64,000 bases of DNA from Anolis carolinensis (lineage: Eukaryota). The notes under the pieces are model-generated. The model searched no databases, was not told where the DNA came from, and saw nothing but the letters and a program-made list of their open reading frames with translations. The stretch lies in contig NC_085842.1 of NCBI RefSeq assembly GCF_035594765.1, forward strand, positions 306,017,749 to 306,081,748, written 5' to 3'. The translations under genes were made by a program, and so were the position numbers. Below, in pieces: positions 63,667 through 64,000 of the stretch. How positions within the stretch are numbered: position 1 is the first letter of the stretch; the number at the start of each line of letters is the position of its first letter.

Positions 63667-64000
63667 TAGAGACAGTGACAAGATCTGTGTACAGTTACTC
63701 ACTAGCCATGGATTGGTACGGCTACTCCCACTGCTCAATTGCCAGTTTGTATTTGTATGAGAAGTGTTTTGGGGTTTCCTTTCCAAATAATGTAAAACAA
63801 ACAAACAAATCAGATATATATCTACTGACAAAGAGCTGGTGGGATTCCAAAACTGCAGATGATGAGCCCAAAGCTCTGGCTACTGTTTAAAAAATAACTC
63901 TTTGCTTGGTGTTCACAAAAGAACCTCATACTTCCAGATTGTGAATGGCACGATAAAACTCACCTTGTTAAGTATGATAGAAGCCTTTTTAATGATTTTC

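Noticed and set aside
63358-63831. 157-aa minus-strand ORF
   Set aside because: It is the antisense shadow of CPLX4 exon 3 and has no independent support.
1-64000. CRISPR arrays, operons, rRNA or tRNA genes
   Set aside because: This is a eukaryotic intron-rich locus; no such arrays were seen and the tRNA-like segments are SINE heads.

Overview
AT-rich vertebrate genomic DNA, most likely a squamate such as an Anolis lizard (inferred from Sauria-type SINEs, CR1 and Penelope-like repeats). The + strand carries the last three coding exons of LMAN1/ERGIC-53 (ending ...AAAKKFF*) and the complete three-exon CPLX4 gene (160 aa, C-terminal CaaX CSVM), in the same order and orientation as in mammals. 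The main surprise is inside the 42.6-kb CPLX4 intron 2. On the - strand there is a nested tandem family of five two-exon genes (copies A-E) plus one relic (F). Each encodes a 171-199 aa protein with a signal-peptide-like N-terminus, a short ectodomain, one transmembrane helix and a helical, basic cytoplasmic tail. All five have ATG starts, phase-0 GT-AG introns at the same position and a shared upstream block with a TGAGGTCA-type motif; B, C, D and E also have a poly(A) signal about 125 nt after the stop. The cluster grew partly by a ~10-kb head-to-tail duplication and shows gene conversion, a frameshift truncation and a replaced C-terminus. I cannot name the family; a testis/spermatid membrane-protein role is a hypothesis only. 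The rest is transposable elements, microsatellites and candidate conserved non-coding elements.
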